A stretch of 37,980 bases of DNA from Candidatus Aminicenantes bacterium. GTDB lineage: Bacteria > Acidobacteriota > Aminicenantia > Aminicenantales > Aminicenantaceae. Below the pieces are notes generated by a model, which was given only the letters and a program-made list of their open reading frames with translations, made no database searches and had not been told where the DNA came from. The stretch lies in the NCBI GenBank assembly GCA_023135995.1, contig JAGLRY010000204.1:1-37980 (forward strand), read 5' to 3'. How positions within the stretch are numbered: the stretch's first letter is position 1; each line of letters begins with the position of its first letter. Below are positions 8,164 to 18,098 of this stretch, in pieces. Position numbers and translations under genes: made by a program.

Positions 8164-9726
8164 GTGAATTTAAGTTTTATCATAACACTGGGACTTCTGT
8201 TTCTTATGTCTGGATTCTTGGTCTTTTTGCTAGCCAAGAAACGTTCTGGTGCGAAATCCATACTCAGAGCAAAGCAAGAGGCCAAAGACATTGTGGAAAA
8301 GGCCAGTGAAGATGCGGAGAAGATAGAGAGAGAATCCAAACTCGAGACCAAGGAGAAATACCTCAATCTGAAGGCGGACTTCGAACGGCAGACCAGAGAC
8401 CGGCGCCATAAGTTGAATGATATGGAGCGGAGGTTGGTGAAAAAGGAAGAGAATCTGGAGCGGAAATTTCAAGTGCTGGAGAGAAAAGAAAGGGATTTCT
8501 CGCACAAAGAACACAGGCTCTACTCCCGCGAGAAGGAGATCGAAGATAAAGAGAGAAAATGTGAAGGATTGATCCGAAAAGGCCTTGAAGAGCTCGAACG
8601 GATCGCTGGAATATCCCAGAGCGAGGCCAAAAAGGAACTCCAGAGCAAGGTTGAGGAAGAGGCGAAGCTCGAAGCGATCCAGACACTCCGGAGGATCGAG
8701 GAAGAGACCAAGGAGAAAAGCCAGATGATTGCGCAGGATATCATAAGCCAAGCCATACAGAGGTCAGCAGCGGAACATGTGGTCGAGACTACGGTATCTG
8801 TCGTGAACTTGCCCTCGGATGACATGAAAGGACGGATCATCGGAAGGGAAGGGCGCAACATCCGGGCATTGGAACTGGCGACGGGAGTCGACATTATTGT
8901 CGATGATACACCCGAGGCTGTGATCCTCTCGAGCTTTGATCCCATACGTCGGGAAATGGCACGTCTGGCCATCGAAAAACTTGTTGGAGATGGGAGGATC
9001 CACCCAGCGCGTATCGAGGAAGTCGTGGAGAATGTCAAAGTCGAGCTGGAGGAAAAGCTGAAGCAGGAAGGAGAATCCGCCATCCTCGAGCTCAGGCTTC
9101 AGAACATCCACCCTGAACTCATCAAGCTCTTGGGCAAGCTGAAATACCGGACGAGCTATGGCCAGAATGTCCTCCAGCACTCCAAGGAGGTGGCCCATTT
9201 GTCGGCCCTGATGGCTAAGGAGCTGGGTGTAAACCCCATTGTGGCGATGAGGGCAGGTCTTCTGCACGATATAGGCAAAGCTGTGGATAGAGATGTTGAG
9301 GGGACTCATACGGAACTGAGCGTTGAGCTGACAAAGAAATACGGAGAAAAAGAGGCCGTTTATCAGGCTATTGCTTCGCACCATCGCGATGTGGATTTTC
9401 CCTCGATAGAAGCGGTCTTGGTCCAGGCTGCGGACACCCTTTCAGCGGCCCGGCCGGGTGCAAGAAGAGAGCTTCTCGAGACCTACATCAAGCGGCTGGA
9501 AAAGCTGGAGGAGATCGCCAATTCCTATGAGGGTGTGGCCAAAGCGTTTGCTCTGCAGGCTGGAAGAGAGATAAGGATTATCGTTGAAAGCCAGAAGATA
9601 TCTGATGACAAAGCGGCCTTGGCAGCCAAAGAGATCGCCGAAAAGATCAAAGAGGAGTTGGATTATCCAGGACAAATCAAGGTCACTGTGATCAGAGAAA
9701 TGAGAGCTGTCGAATATGCCCGATAA
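8164..9726 (+). CDS. rny: ribonuclease Y
   Basis: It has an N-terminal TM helix and a long charged coiled coil. The KH domain is [21 protein letters not shown] and the HD domain is LLHDIGKA...HH. The ORF opens at GTG 8155, but AGGAGG (8150-8155) overlaps that codon. GTG 8164, 8 nt downstream of the Shine-Dalgarno, is therefore preferred. Confidence 0.9.
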   Translation: MNLSFIITLGLLFLMSGFLVFLLAKKRSGAKSILRAKQEAKDIVEKASEDAEKIERESKLETKEKYLNLKADFERQTRDRRHKLNDMERRLVKKEENLERKFQVLERKERDFSHKEHRLYSREKEIEDKERKCEGLIRKGLEELERIAGISQSEAKKELQSKVEEEAKLEAIQTLRRIEEETKEKSQMIAQDIISQAIQRSAAEHVVETTVSVVNLPSDDMKGRIIGREGRNIRALELATGVDIIVDDTPEAVILSSFDPIRREMARLAIEKLVGDGRIHPARIEEVVENVKVELEEKLKQEGESAILELRLQNIHPELIKLLGKLKYRTSYGQNVLQHSKEVAHLSALMAKELGVNPIVAMRAGLLHDIGKAVDRDVEGTHTELSVELTKKYGEKEAVYQAIASHHRDVDFPSIEAVLVQAADTLSAARPGARRELLETYIKRLEKLEEIANSYEGVAKAFALQAGREIRIIVESQKISDDKAALAAKEIAEKIKEELDYPGQIKVTVIREMRAVEYAR

Positions 9727-10522
9727 GGTCATCGTTCTTTTTATCGGGGACGTCATCGGTCGGCCCGGGCGCAGAGCCCTGAAGCAGCACATATCTGCCC
9801 TAGTACGGAAGTACAATCCATCGCTCATCATCGCCAACGCAGAAAACGCGGCCGGAGGGATAGGGCTTACGGAAAAGATCGCTCAGGAGCTTTTCGAGAG
9901 TGCGGATGTCCTGACTTCCGGGAATCACATTTGGGATAAGAAAGAGGCCCTTGAGGTGTTAGAGAAAGAGCCGAGACTGTTGCGGCCGGCCAATTATCCT
10001 TCCCAAAACCCCGGGAATGGAGCGTTCGTGTTTACGGACGATCAAGGCCGGAAGATCGGGATATTGAACCTCCAAGGTAGGGTCTTCATGGAACCGATCG
10101 ATTGTCCCTTTCAAGTGGCCGATCGTGAACTGGAGACGCTTCGCGATATCACGTCCGTGATATTTGTGGATTTCCACGCTGAGGCCACTTCGGAGAAACA
10201 GGCCATGGGGTGGTATCTGGACGGGAAGGTCTCTGCTGTGGTGGGCACACACACCCATGTCCCCACTGCGGACGAAAGGATCCTTCCGGGCGGAACGGCC
10301 TATATCACGGATATAGGTATGGTCGGGGGTTACAATTCTGTGATCGGGATCAAGAGAGACCAAGCCGTTTTGAGGTTCCTCTCCTCTCGGCCCCAGCGGT
10401 TTGAGCCGAGCAAAGACGGGATGATCTTTTCATTCCTCTGTGTGGAGATTGACGCTCAAACCGGGAAAGCTTTGAGCATCCAGAGAGAAAGCCTGATTGA
10501 GAGCCATGAAGGAACAGAATAA
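9716..10522 (+). CDS. ymdB: YmdB-family (TIGR00282) metallophosphoesterase
   Basis: 268 aa with [32 protein letters not shown] and [11 protein letters not shown]. It overlaps the rny stop, and the rny-ymdB pairing is conserved. Confidence 0.88.
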   Translation: MPDKVIVLFIGDVIGRPGRRALKQHISALVRKYNPSLIIANAENAAGGIGLTEKIAQELFESADVLTSGNHIWDKKEALEVLEKEPRLLRPANYPSQNPGNGAFVFTDDQGRKIGILNLQGRVFMEPIDCPFQVADRELETLRDITSVIFVDFHAEATSEKQAMGWYLDGKVSAVVGTHTHVPTADERILPGGTAYITDIGMVGGYNSVIGIKRDQAVLRFLSSRPQRFEPSKDGMIFSFLCVEIDAQTGKALSIQRESLIESHEGTE

Positions 10523-11852
10523 CCGATCCCAGTCCGGCAGGATCTACACCGTTACAGAGATCACACGGCTGATCAAACAGGAGCTGGAAAGCACGTTTCC
10601 CCTTATTTGGGTGGAAGGGGAGATCGTGGATCTTACTTATGCCCACTCGGGTCATGTGTACCTCGCTCTGAAAGACGAGAAGTGCAAGCTTGAAGCAGTC
10701 ATCTGGCGGTCAACGGCTCAAAAAGTTCCTTTTAAGCTGGAGAGTGGGCTCCAGGTTGTCTGTAAAGGCCAGATCAATGTGTATGAGCCACGGGGACAAT
10801 ATCAGCTCATCGTTAATGCTGTAGAACCCAAAGGAATAGGCGCCCTCCAACTGGCATTTGAGCAGCTCAAGGAAAAACTCAACAAAGAGGGGCTGTTTGC
10901 CCCGGAAGTCAAGAAGAAGCTCCCGCTCTTTCCCAAGAAGGTTGGCGTTGTCACGTCCCCTAGGGGGGCCGCCATTGTTGATATCATCCGGACTCTCGAG
11001 AGGAGGTTCGCAAAACTTCACATCCTGATCTATCCGGTCAGAGTCCAGGGAGAGGGAGCGGCTGAGGAGATCGCGGAAGGGTTAGAGTATCTGGGGAGCC
11101 GACCGGATGTGGATGTGATCATCGTTGGTCGAGGCGGAGGATCCATGGAGGACCTTTGGGCCTTCAATGAGGAGATCGTAGCACGTGCCATTTACGCGTG
11201 TCCCATCCCTGTCATTTCGGCGGTTGGTCACGAGCCCGATTTTACAATATCCGATTTTGTGGCCGATATCAGAGCTTCCACTCCTTCTGCGGCTGCAGAG
11301 ATGGTCGTCGAGAAAGAGCAGGCGTTCGAAGAGTGGATAAAAAACTTGGAAAAACGCATGAACCATCATATGAAATACCTGTTGCAAGAACAGAAAAACA
11401 GTGTCCTGAGCCTCGTCCACCACCAGGCCTTCCAAAATTTCAAGCTGAGGTTACTCAACCTCTCTCAGAGGATTGATGAGCTGGAAGCGGCCGCAGGAAA
11501 GAGTATCTATAACATGCGCCAATGGATCGTTGAAGCAAAGTCACTAACTGTTCTCTATGAAGAGAAAATCTTCGGTTCGATCCGCGGAACGATCCAGAAC
11601 TTGAAAGGACTCTGGGAGAAGCTCTCCGTTGAGTTGGATAGCCTGAGTCCTTTAAGCGTTTTAAGGAAAGGATACACTCTGTGTTGGAAGGACGGAGGCC
11701 AGAATCTTATCCGGCAGGTCGATGAGGTATCAGAGAAGGAAAAGATCACGGTCAGTTTTCTCAAGGGTGAGCTTGACTGTTTCGTCCAAACGGTAGACCG
11801 TAATAAGAAAATCGAATCACGTTTCACGATTCGAAAAGGGGAAAAGAGATGA
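10506..11852 (+). CDS. xseA: exodeoxyribonuclease VII large subunit
   Basis: It has an OB-fold N-terminus (YTVTEITRLIKQELE...IWVEGEI) and the catalytic region GRGGGSMEDLWAFNEE, followed by a long helical C-terminus. ATG 10506 is preferred; TTG 10497 is an alternative start. Confidence 0.9.
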   Translation: MKEQNNRSQSGRIYTVTEITRLIKQELESTFPLIWVEGEIVDLTYAHSGHVYLALKDEKCKLEAVIWRSTAQKVPFKLESGLQVVCKGQINVYEPRGQYQLIVNAVEPKGIGALQLAFEQLKEKLNKEGLFAPEVKKKLPLFPKKVGVVTSPRGAAIVDIIRTLERRFAKLHILIYPVRVQGEGAAEEIAEGLEYLGSRPDVDVIIVGRGGGSMEDLWAFNEEIVARAIYACPIPVISAVGHEPDFTISDFVADIRASTPSAAAEMVVEKEQAFEEWIKNLEKRMNHHMKYLLQEQKNSVLSLVHHQAFQNFKLRLLNLSQRIDELEAAAGKSIYNMRQWIVEAKSLTVLYEEKIFGSIRGTIQNLKGLWEKLSVELDSLSPLSVLRKGYTLCWKDGGQNLIRQVDEVSEKEKITVSFLKGELDCFVQTVDRNKKIESRFTIRKGEKR

Positions 11853-12148
11853 GTGAAAAGAGTTTTGAGAAGTCTCTAGCTGAGTTAGAAAAAATTGTGG
11901 AAAAAATGGAGGAAGGGGGGCTTTTGCTCAATGAATCTCTCTCCCTTTTTGAAAAAGGGGTGAAACTGGCAAGGTTTTTGAGAGAAGAGCTGGACAAGGC
12001 CGAGAAAAAGATCGCCATCCTGCTGAAGGATGAAAAGGGGGAGATAAAAGAGGCCCCTTTTTCTCTTTCTGATGAGGATGAGGAAACAGAAGACTCCGAG
12101 AGCGAGGAGAATCCCAGTTCTGGGGGCGACGAAGAACTCCCCTTTTGA
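11849..12148 (+). CDS. xseB: exodeoxyribonuclease VII small subunit (acidic C-terminal tail)
   Basis: 99 aa with the XseB core FEKSLAELEKIVEKMEEGGLLLNESLSLFEKGVKLARF. ATGA overlap with xseA. Confidence 0.88.
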   Translation: MSEKSFEKSLAELEKIVEKMEEGGLLLNESLSLFEKGVKLARFLREELDKAEKKIAILLKDEKGEIKEAPFSLSDEDEETEDSESEENPSSGGDEELPF

Positions 12149-12154
12149 AGGATC

Positions 12155-13033
12155 ATGAACATCGAACTCCGGCTAGCCCAAAAAAAAGAAGCGATCGATA
12201 GGAAGCTGGAAAGTATCCTCCCTCGCGGCGATTCTCTTCTTTACCAGGCGATGAGATACTCTGTTTTGGGAGGAGGGAAGAGGTTCCGCCCTCTTCTTCT
12301 TTTGTCCTCGGGGGAGGAATTTGGTGTCCGCGCAGAGGACGCCCTGCCTTTTGCCTGCGCAGTGGAGCTTATCCACAATTATTCTCTGGTCCATGATGAC
12401 CTTCCTTCTATGGACGATGATGATTTCCGCAGAGGGGAACCCTCCTGCCATAAGGCTTTTGGGGAAGACATCGCTCTTCTGACCGGGGATGCCCTTCTGA
12501 CTTTAGCTTTTGAGGTCATGGCATCTGCTCCACTGAAGAGGGGTTCTGATACGCAAAAGGAACAGGCTATCGTAGAGCTGAGCCTACATGCGGGCACTGA
12601 AGGTATGATCGGGGGTCAACTTTTGGATATTACTCTTTCACCCGAGACGATCTCCAAAGAGCTTTTCCATGAGCTCATACAAAAAAAGACGGCTGCGCTG
12701 ATCACAGCCTCTGTGAGGATCGGCGCGATCCTTGGTGGCGCTAATGAGTCCCAGATGGAAGCCATCACTGCGTTTGGCGAAAACATCGGGCTGGCCTTCC
12801 AGACCAGGGATGACCTGTTGGATGCTTTGGAAGACACACAGAGGGAAGATGCTTACAGGCCCAATTCTGTTTCTCTATTCGGTCTCGATAAGGCGATAGA
12901 AAGGTTGGATGCCTTTGTCTCAGAAGGTCTGCAGGCACTCGTAAGAGGAGCTTTCGCTTCCGAAGAACTCCGCTTTCTTGCCAAGAAGCTCTTGGTTGTG
13001 AAAAATAAGGGTAAAAATGAACACAATTCTTGA
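12155..13033 (+). CDS. ispA: (2E,6E)-farnesyl diphosphate synthase / polyprenyl synthetase
   Basis: 292 aa. First Asp-rich motif LVHDDLPSMDDDDFRRG; second FQTRDDLLD. It occupies the xseB-ispA-dxs position. Confidence 0.88.
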   Translation: MNIELRLAQKKEAIDRKLESILPRGDSLLYQAMRYSVLGGGKRFRPLLLLSSGEEFGVRAEDALPFACAVELIHNYSLVHDDLPSMDDDDFRRGEPSCHKAFGEDIALLTGDALLTLAFEVMASAPLKRGSDTQKEQAIVELSLHAGTEGMIGGQLLDITLSPETISKELFHELIQKKTAALITASVRIGAILGGANESQMEAITAFGENIGLAFQTRDDLLDALEDTQREDAYRPNSVSLFGLDKAIERLDAFVSEGLQALVRGAFASEELRFLAKKLLVVKNKGKNEHNS

Positions 13034-14888
13034 TCGTATTAAAAGCCCCAAAGATCTGAAAGATTGTTCCATGAAGGAGCTCTCTCAGCTGTCCAAGGAG
13101 ATTAGATCGCTTATCATCGAGGTCGTCTCTAAGAATGGAGGGCATCTTTCGCCCAATTTGGGCGTAGTCGAGATGACGATCGCTCTCCACTATGTCTTTG
13201 ACGCGCCGGAGGATAAAATTATCTGGGATGTCGGTCATCAATGCTACACGCACAAGATCTTAACGGGGAGAAAGGAACAGTTCTCCACTCTCCGTCAGCT
13301 CGATGGGCTGTGTGGGTTTCCCTGTCGTGAAGAAAGTGAGTATGACATCTATAACACGGGACATGCATCCACGGCGCTTTCTGCAGCTCTTGGGATGGCT
13401 GTGGCCCGGGACAAAGAGAACAAAGCGCACCAGGTGGTGGCGTTTGTGGGGGATGGAAGCCTTACGGGCGGAGTGGCCTGGGAGGCCCTCAACCAGAGCG
13501 GCCATCTTCGCGAGAAATTGATCATTGTTCTCAACTACAACGAGATGTCCATCTCGCTTAATGTCGGCGCCATGTCCAAGTACCTCTCCTATCTTGTCTC
13601 AGGGCAGCATTATCTGCGGATGAAGGATCATGCAAAGACGATTCTGAAGGCCATTCCTGCTGTGGGATGGCCCATGATCAAAGCCGGACGTGCGATCGAG
13701 GAAGTCATCAAAAAAACGTTCTTTCCGGGTTTGCTCTTTGAGGAATTGGGGATCCGGTATATCGGTCCTGTCCAGGGGCACAGTCTAGGCTCCTTGATCG
13801 AGGTGTTTAAGGATGCCAAGGCCTATGAGGGGCCTGTGTTGATCCTCTGTGTCACCAAAAAGGGAAAGGGGTATCCTCCGGCAGAGAGCAATCCTGCCAA
13901 GTATCACTCCGCATCTCCCTTTGATATCCAGACAGGAGAGTCGACAAGCACGGATACGAGGACAACCTATTCGGCTGTCTTTGGAGAGACCGTGGTTAAC
14001 TTGGCTGATAAGGACGAAAAAGTTGTGGCCATAACCGCGGCAATGCCCGACGGGACCGGCCTTCGGGATTTTTCCCAACGGTTTCCGGATAGGTTTTTTG
14101 ATGTGGGGATTGCCGAGCAGCATGCCGTCGATTTTGCCACAGGATTAGCCCTCAGCGGGTATAAGCCGGTGGTGGCCATCTACTCCACGTTCCTCCAGCG
14201 AGCATACGACCAGCTTTACCATGATGTCTGCCTCATGGACATTCCTGTCGTTTTCGGTCTTGACCGCTCGGGGATCGTTCCGGATGATGGCCCCACTCAT
14301 CAAGGTATCAATGATATCGTCTTTCTCAGGCATCTTCCTAACATGATCGTTATGGCCCCGAAGGATGAGAATGAACTGCGGCACATGCTGAAGTCTGCAC
14401 TCTCTTACGGCCATCCAGTCTCAGTGAGATTTCCTAAAGGAAAGGTCATCGGTGTCGATCAAGATGAGAAACTGGATGTAATCCCTCTCGGCAAGGGCGA
14501 GGTTCTCAAAGAGGGAAAGGACTTGCTTATAGCCTTTGGGAGCTTGGTCCATCCTGCTTTAGAGGCTGCAGCGAAGCTTGAAGACGACGGGATCGAGCTG
14601 GCTGTGGTGAATGCGAGGTTTGCCAAGCCTTTGGACGAAGACCTGATCCTATCCTATGCGAGATCCGGAAGTGTTATTTTGACCGTGGAAGAGGGTGTCA
14701 CTGCAGGTGGGTTCGGCAGTGCGGTCCGGGAGCTTCTGGATCGTAAGAAGATATTTGATGTCCGGTTTAAATCCATCGGGCTTCCCGATGAGATATACCC
14801 TCTCGGTAAAGCCGACCAGATCAAAAAGATGTTCAAGCTTGATCCTGATGGGCTTGCCCAACAAATACGACAATTTTATGGAAAGTAA
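13017..14888 (+). CDS. dxs: 1-deoxy-D-xylulose-5-phosphate synthase
   Basis: 623 aa with GGHLSPNLGVVE, GHQCYTHKILTGR, the ThDP motif GDGSLTGG...NYNEMSIS, and IAEQHAV. Confidence 0.95.
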   Translation: MNTILDRIKSPKDLKDCSMKELSQLSKEIRSLIIEVVSKNGGHLSPNLGVVEMTIALHYVFDAPEDKIIWDVGHQCYTHKILTGRKEQFSTLRQLDGLCGFPCREESEYDIYNTGHASTALSAALGMAVARDKENKAHQVVAFVGDGSLTGGVAWEALNQSGHLREKLIIVLNYNEMSISLNVGAMSKYLSYLVSGQHYLRMKDHAKTILKAIPAVGWPMIKAGRAIEEVIKKTFFPGLLFEELGIRYIGPVQGHSLGSLIEVFKDAKAYEGPVLILCVTKKGKGYPPAESNPAKYHSASPFDIQTGESTSTDTRTTYSAVFGETVVNLADKDEKVVAITAAMPDGTGLRDFSQRFPDRFFDVGIAEQHAVDFATGLALSGYKPVVAIYSTFLQRAYDQLYHDVCLMDIPVVFGLDRSGIVPDDGPTHQGINDIVFLRHLPNMIVMAPKDENELRHMLKSALSYGHPVSVRFPKGKVIGVDQDEKLDVIPLGKGEVLKEGKDLLIAFGSLVHPALEAAAKLEDDGIELAVVNARFAKPLDEDLILSYARSGSVILTVEEGVTAGGFGSAVRELLDRKKIFDVRFKSIGLPDEIYPLGKADQIKKMFKLDPDGLAQQIRQFYGK

Positions 14889-14974
14889 TGCGGTGTTCGC
14901 CGTCTGTCCGTGCACACAAGCTCCAAAAGTTTCATGGGCATACTCTCTGTGCTTCAAACGGCGAGCGGAAACCA

Positions 14975-15757
14975 ATGAAAGATAGGGCGGACAAGATCGT
15001 TGTCGACCGGGGGCTGGCCGAAAGCCATCACAAGGCGCAAGCCCTCATTTTAGCGGGTTTAGTGTATTCTGAAAGAGGACGTGTAGAAAAATCCGGACAA
15101 TTGATTCCTGTTGAAACGAAGCTTTTCCTTAAGGAGACGATGCCTTACGTGAGTCGGGGGGGGTTGAAATTGAAGGAAGCTTTGGGGTCTTTCGCCATCG
15201 TTCCCGAGGGCAAGATCGCTGCCGATTTGGGCTGTTCGACCGGAGGGTTTACAGATTGTCTGCTGAAAGAAGGTGCAAAAAAGGTCTACGCAGTCGATGT
15301 GGATACAAAACAGATCGATGTACATTTGAGAGAGGACCTCAGAGTTGTTCTTATTGATAAAAACGCTCGTTATCTTGAACAAGATGACTTCCCGGATCCT
15401 CTCGATATTATCACTATGGACCTCTCCTTCATCTCTGTTCTCAAAGTCTTGCCCGCCATTAAAAATTTCTTAGGAAATGGGGAGCTCATTGCCCTTATCA
15501 AACCTCAGTTCGAAGTGAGCAGAGGACAGGTCGGAAAAGGCGGGATTGTCCGAGACCCCGATCGGCATGCAGAAGTTCTGCAGAGGATCCTTCAGCAAGC
15601 CGGCAGGATGGGATTTCCAGTCCAGGACTTGATGAAGACGTCTGTACGGGGGCAGAAGGGCAATCGGGAATTTTTTGTCCACTGGTCCTTGCATAAAGAT
15701 GCGTTGACCCATGCACAAACGCAGAAATTAATCAAGGAGGCCGTTTGGGATGGATAA
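14975..15757 (+). CDS. tlyA: TlyA-family rRNA (cytidine-2'-O)-methyltransferase
   Basis: It has an S4-like N-terminus (RADKIVVDRGLAESHHKAQALILAG) and the FtsJ-type SAM motif DLGCSTGGFTDCLL. The ORF opens at 14888, but homologues begin near MKDRADK, so ATG 14975 is preferred. Confidence 0.85.
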   Translation: MKDRADKIVVDRGLAESHHKAQALILAGLVYSERGRVEKSGQLIPVETKLFLKETMPYVSRGGLKLKEALGSFAIVPEGKIAADLGCSTGGFTDCLLKEGAKKVYAVDVDTKQIDVHLREDLRVVLIDKNARYLEQDDFPDPLDIITMDLSFISVLKVLPAIKNFLGNGELIALIKPQFEVSRGQVGKGGIVRDPDRHAEVLQRILQQAGRMGFPVQDLMKTSVRGQKGNREFFVHWSLHKDALTHAQTQKLIKEAVWDG

Positions 15758-16595
15758 CATCAAACGAGTGGGTTTTGTGATCAAGCCTCATGCACCTCAA
15801 GTGGATAAAATACTGGTGGAATTGATCCAGTATTTTGAGACAAAGAGCATAAAATGCCTTCTGGAAGATGTAGCCGCGATGAAATTCCAGCGTAAAGATG
15901 GAGTGCCACGAGAGAATATCCCCGAGCAGGTGGATCTCGTCATCGTAATAGGAGGGGATGGGACCCTTTTGAGTGTCGCTCATTTAGCGGCCCAGAAGAA
16001 CGTCCCCGTTATGGGGGTCAACTTGGGGAGGCTCGGATTTTTAACTGACGTCCCGCTCGATGAGATGGCTTTGACCCTTGATTCTTTTTTGGGGGGGAAC
16101 ACAAAGATCATCAGTCATCGACAGATGTTGGAGGCAGACACAAAGGGCGGGACCTTTTACTGCTTGAATGATTTTGTGATCAACAAAGGGGCCCTCGCCC
16201 GGATGATCCAGTGTGCCATTTGGATCGACGGAAAAGAGATCGCCACATCCAAAGCCGACGGTCTCATCATATCGACACCAACGGGCTCAACGGCCTATTC
16301 CCTGTCTGCAGGTGGCCCCATTATCCAACCCAATATTCCGGCCTTTATCATCGTTCCCATCTGTCCTCACACGCTTTCCTTCCGGCCGATGGTCATCTCT
16401 GCCGAATCGACGCTGAAGATCGAGCTTGTCACAGGGGGGGAAGAAGTCTGGTTCACCCTCGATGGCCAGAGGGGAGGTTTGATGGAGGAGAATGATACCG
16501 TCGAGGTCAGACGCAGCCAACTCACCCTGCAGTTGATCTCTTCGCCAAAAAGGAATTACTTCGACCTCCTTCAAGAGAAACTCGGCTGGGGCTGA
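15750..16595 (+). CDS. nadK: NAD(+) kinase
   Basis: 281 aa with GGDGTLL, NLGRLGFLT and STPTGSTAYSLSAGGPI. Confidence 0.92.
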   Translation: MDNIKRVGFVIKPHAPQVDKILVELIQYFETKSIKCLLEDVAAMKFQRKDGVPRENIPEQVDLVIVIGGDGTLLSVAHLAAQKNVPVMGVNLGRLGFLTDVPLDEMALTLDSFLGGNTKIISHRQMLEADTKGGTFYCLNDFVINKGALARMIQCAIWIDGKEIATSKADGLIISTPTGSTAYSLSAGGPIIQPNIPAFIIVPICPHTLSFRPMVISAESTLKIELVTGGEEVWFTLDGQRGGLMEENDTVEVRRSQLTLQLISSPKRNYFDLLQEKLGWG

Positions 16596-16624
16596 TTGAC
16601 ATTTAAAAGGGCCAAGATTATGAT
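16596..16624 (+). promoter_or_regulatory. candidate sigma70 promoter directly abutting glgA
   Basis: TTGACA (16596-16601, starting the base after the nadK stop), an exact 17-nt spacer, then TATGAT (16619-16624). The glgA ATG is at 16634 and no Shine-Dalgarno lies between. Confidence 0.4.
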
Positions 16625-16633
16625 GATTTCGCC

Positions 16634-18097
16634 ATGAGTTCAAAGCTGAGAGTGATTTTTATCTCTGCGGAAGTGGCGCCCTTTGCCAAGTCGGGAGAGT
16701 TGGCGGATGTGGCGAGCGCTCTTCCCAAGTATCTCTCTTATCTGGGCATGGAGGTCTCGGTGTTCATGCCAATGTACAGGCGTCCCGAGATCGAGTCTCT
16801 GCCTAAGAAAATCATGGCTTCGGACCTTTCCGTTTCTATTGGAGAAGTCAAGGCGAAGGCCCGTGTTTATAAAAGCGAACTGGGTAAGTATGATATCTAC
16901 TTCATCGATAATGCCAAGTATTTTTTACGTGAGAACATCTACGGAACCGGAAGGGGCGAGTACCTGGATAATGATGAACGGTTCGTCTTTTTCAACCGAG
17001 CGGTGTTGGAGTTTCTTCTCAACGCAAAAATGTCTGCGGATATTATCCACTGCAACAATTGGCCAACAGCTTTGATCCCCCTGTTCCTCAAGACACAGTA
17101 TGCAAAAAAAAACCGGCTCTCCAATGTCGCTACGGTCTTCACTCTCCACAACATATCCTATCAGGGGGAATTCCCACCTGAAACACTGTCTCTGACGGGC
17201 TTGAATTGGAGTTATTTCAGCCAGCTTTCTTTGAACGGGAAGTTCAACTTTCTTAAAGCGGGGATCCTTTTTTCCGATGCGATCAACACTGTCAGCTCTT
17301 CCTATAAACGGGAAATTCTCACCAAGAAGTATGGATTCGGTTTGCAGGAACTGCTCAAACAGAGGAAGAGTGTTTTTTCCAGCATCCGGAACGGTGTGGA
17401 TTATGAGATCTGGGATCCCGAGAGAGACCCCTACATTGAAAGCAATTATTCCGCATCCAGCTTGGAAGGGAAGGACATAAACAAGCGTGACCTCTGTCGG
17501 GAGTTCGGGCTTACCATCGATCCTGGAGTGCCTCTGATCAGTGTTGTCTCCTACATGACTGTCAATAAAGGATTTGATATTTTGCTGGAGGCCATGGGAA
17601 AGTTGATGGAAATGGACCTGGGATTCGTGATCCTTGGTCATGGGGACGAACAGTATGAGAGGGCATTTTTATCCCTCCAGAAACAGCATTTGGGACGTTT
17701 GGCGGTCAAGGTAGATATGAGCCCATCCTTGTTGCATAAGGTAGCCGCGGGGGTGGATATCGTTCTTGTCCCTTCCCGTTACGAGCCCTGCGGATTGAAC
17801 CAGTTGTACAGCTTCCGGTATGGGAGTGTTCCTGTTGTGAGGGCAACGGGTGGATTGCGAGAAACAGTGAAGCCATTCAACGCGAAGACGCTCAAAGGAA
17901 ATGGCTTTGTGTTCAGAGAGTACAGTTCGGAGGCTCTGGTTGAGGCCGTAAAACGAGCCCTGCGATGGTACAAAAAACCTAAAATGTGGAAAATGATCAT
18001 GCAGAACGGGCTCACAGAAGACTTTTCTTGGGAACAAGCAGCCAAGAGGTATGCTAAGCTCTACGAGAGATCATTGCAAATAAAGAGAGGAGGCTAA
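16634..18097 (+). CDS. glgA: glycogen synthase (GT5, ADP-glucose type)
   Basis: 487 aa. The N-terminal motif SAEVAPFAKSGELADV is a variant of KTGGL. Also present are NNWPTAL, HNISYQG, and SRYEPCGLNQLY...ATGGLRETV. Confidence 0.9.
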   Translation: MSSKLRVIFISAEVAPFAKSGELADVASALPKYLSYLGMEVSVFMPMYRRPEIESLPKKIMASDLSVSIGEVKAKARVYKSELGKYDIYFIDNAKYFLRENIYGTGRGEYLDNDERFVFFNRAVLEFLLNAKMSADIIHCNNWPTALIPLFLKTQYAKKNRLSNVATVFTLHNISYQGEFPPETLSLTGLNWSYFSQLSLNGKFNFLKAGILFSDAINTVSSSYKREILTKKYGFGLQELLKQRKSVFSSIRNGVDYEIWDPERDPYIESNYSASSLEGKDINKRDLCREFGLTIDPGVPLISVVSYMTVNKGFDILLEAMGKLMEMDLGFVILGHGDEQYERAFLSLQKQHLGRLAVKVDMSPSLLHKVAAGVDIVLVPSRYEPCGLNQLYSFRYGSVPVVRATGGLRETVKPFNAKTLKGNGFVFREYSSEALVEAVKRALRWYKKPKMWKMIMQNGLTEDFSWEQAAKRYAKLYERSLQIKRGG

Positions 18098-18098
18098 A

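Noticed and set aside
16620-16637. A mini-ORF, ATG ATG ATT TCG CCA TGA (MMISP), whose stop overlaps the glgA ATG.
   Set aside because: It overlaps the putative -10 element, has no Shine-Dalgarno, and five codons is within chance expectation.
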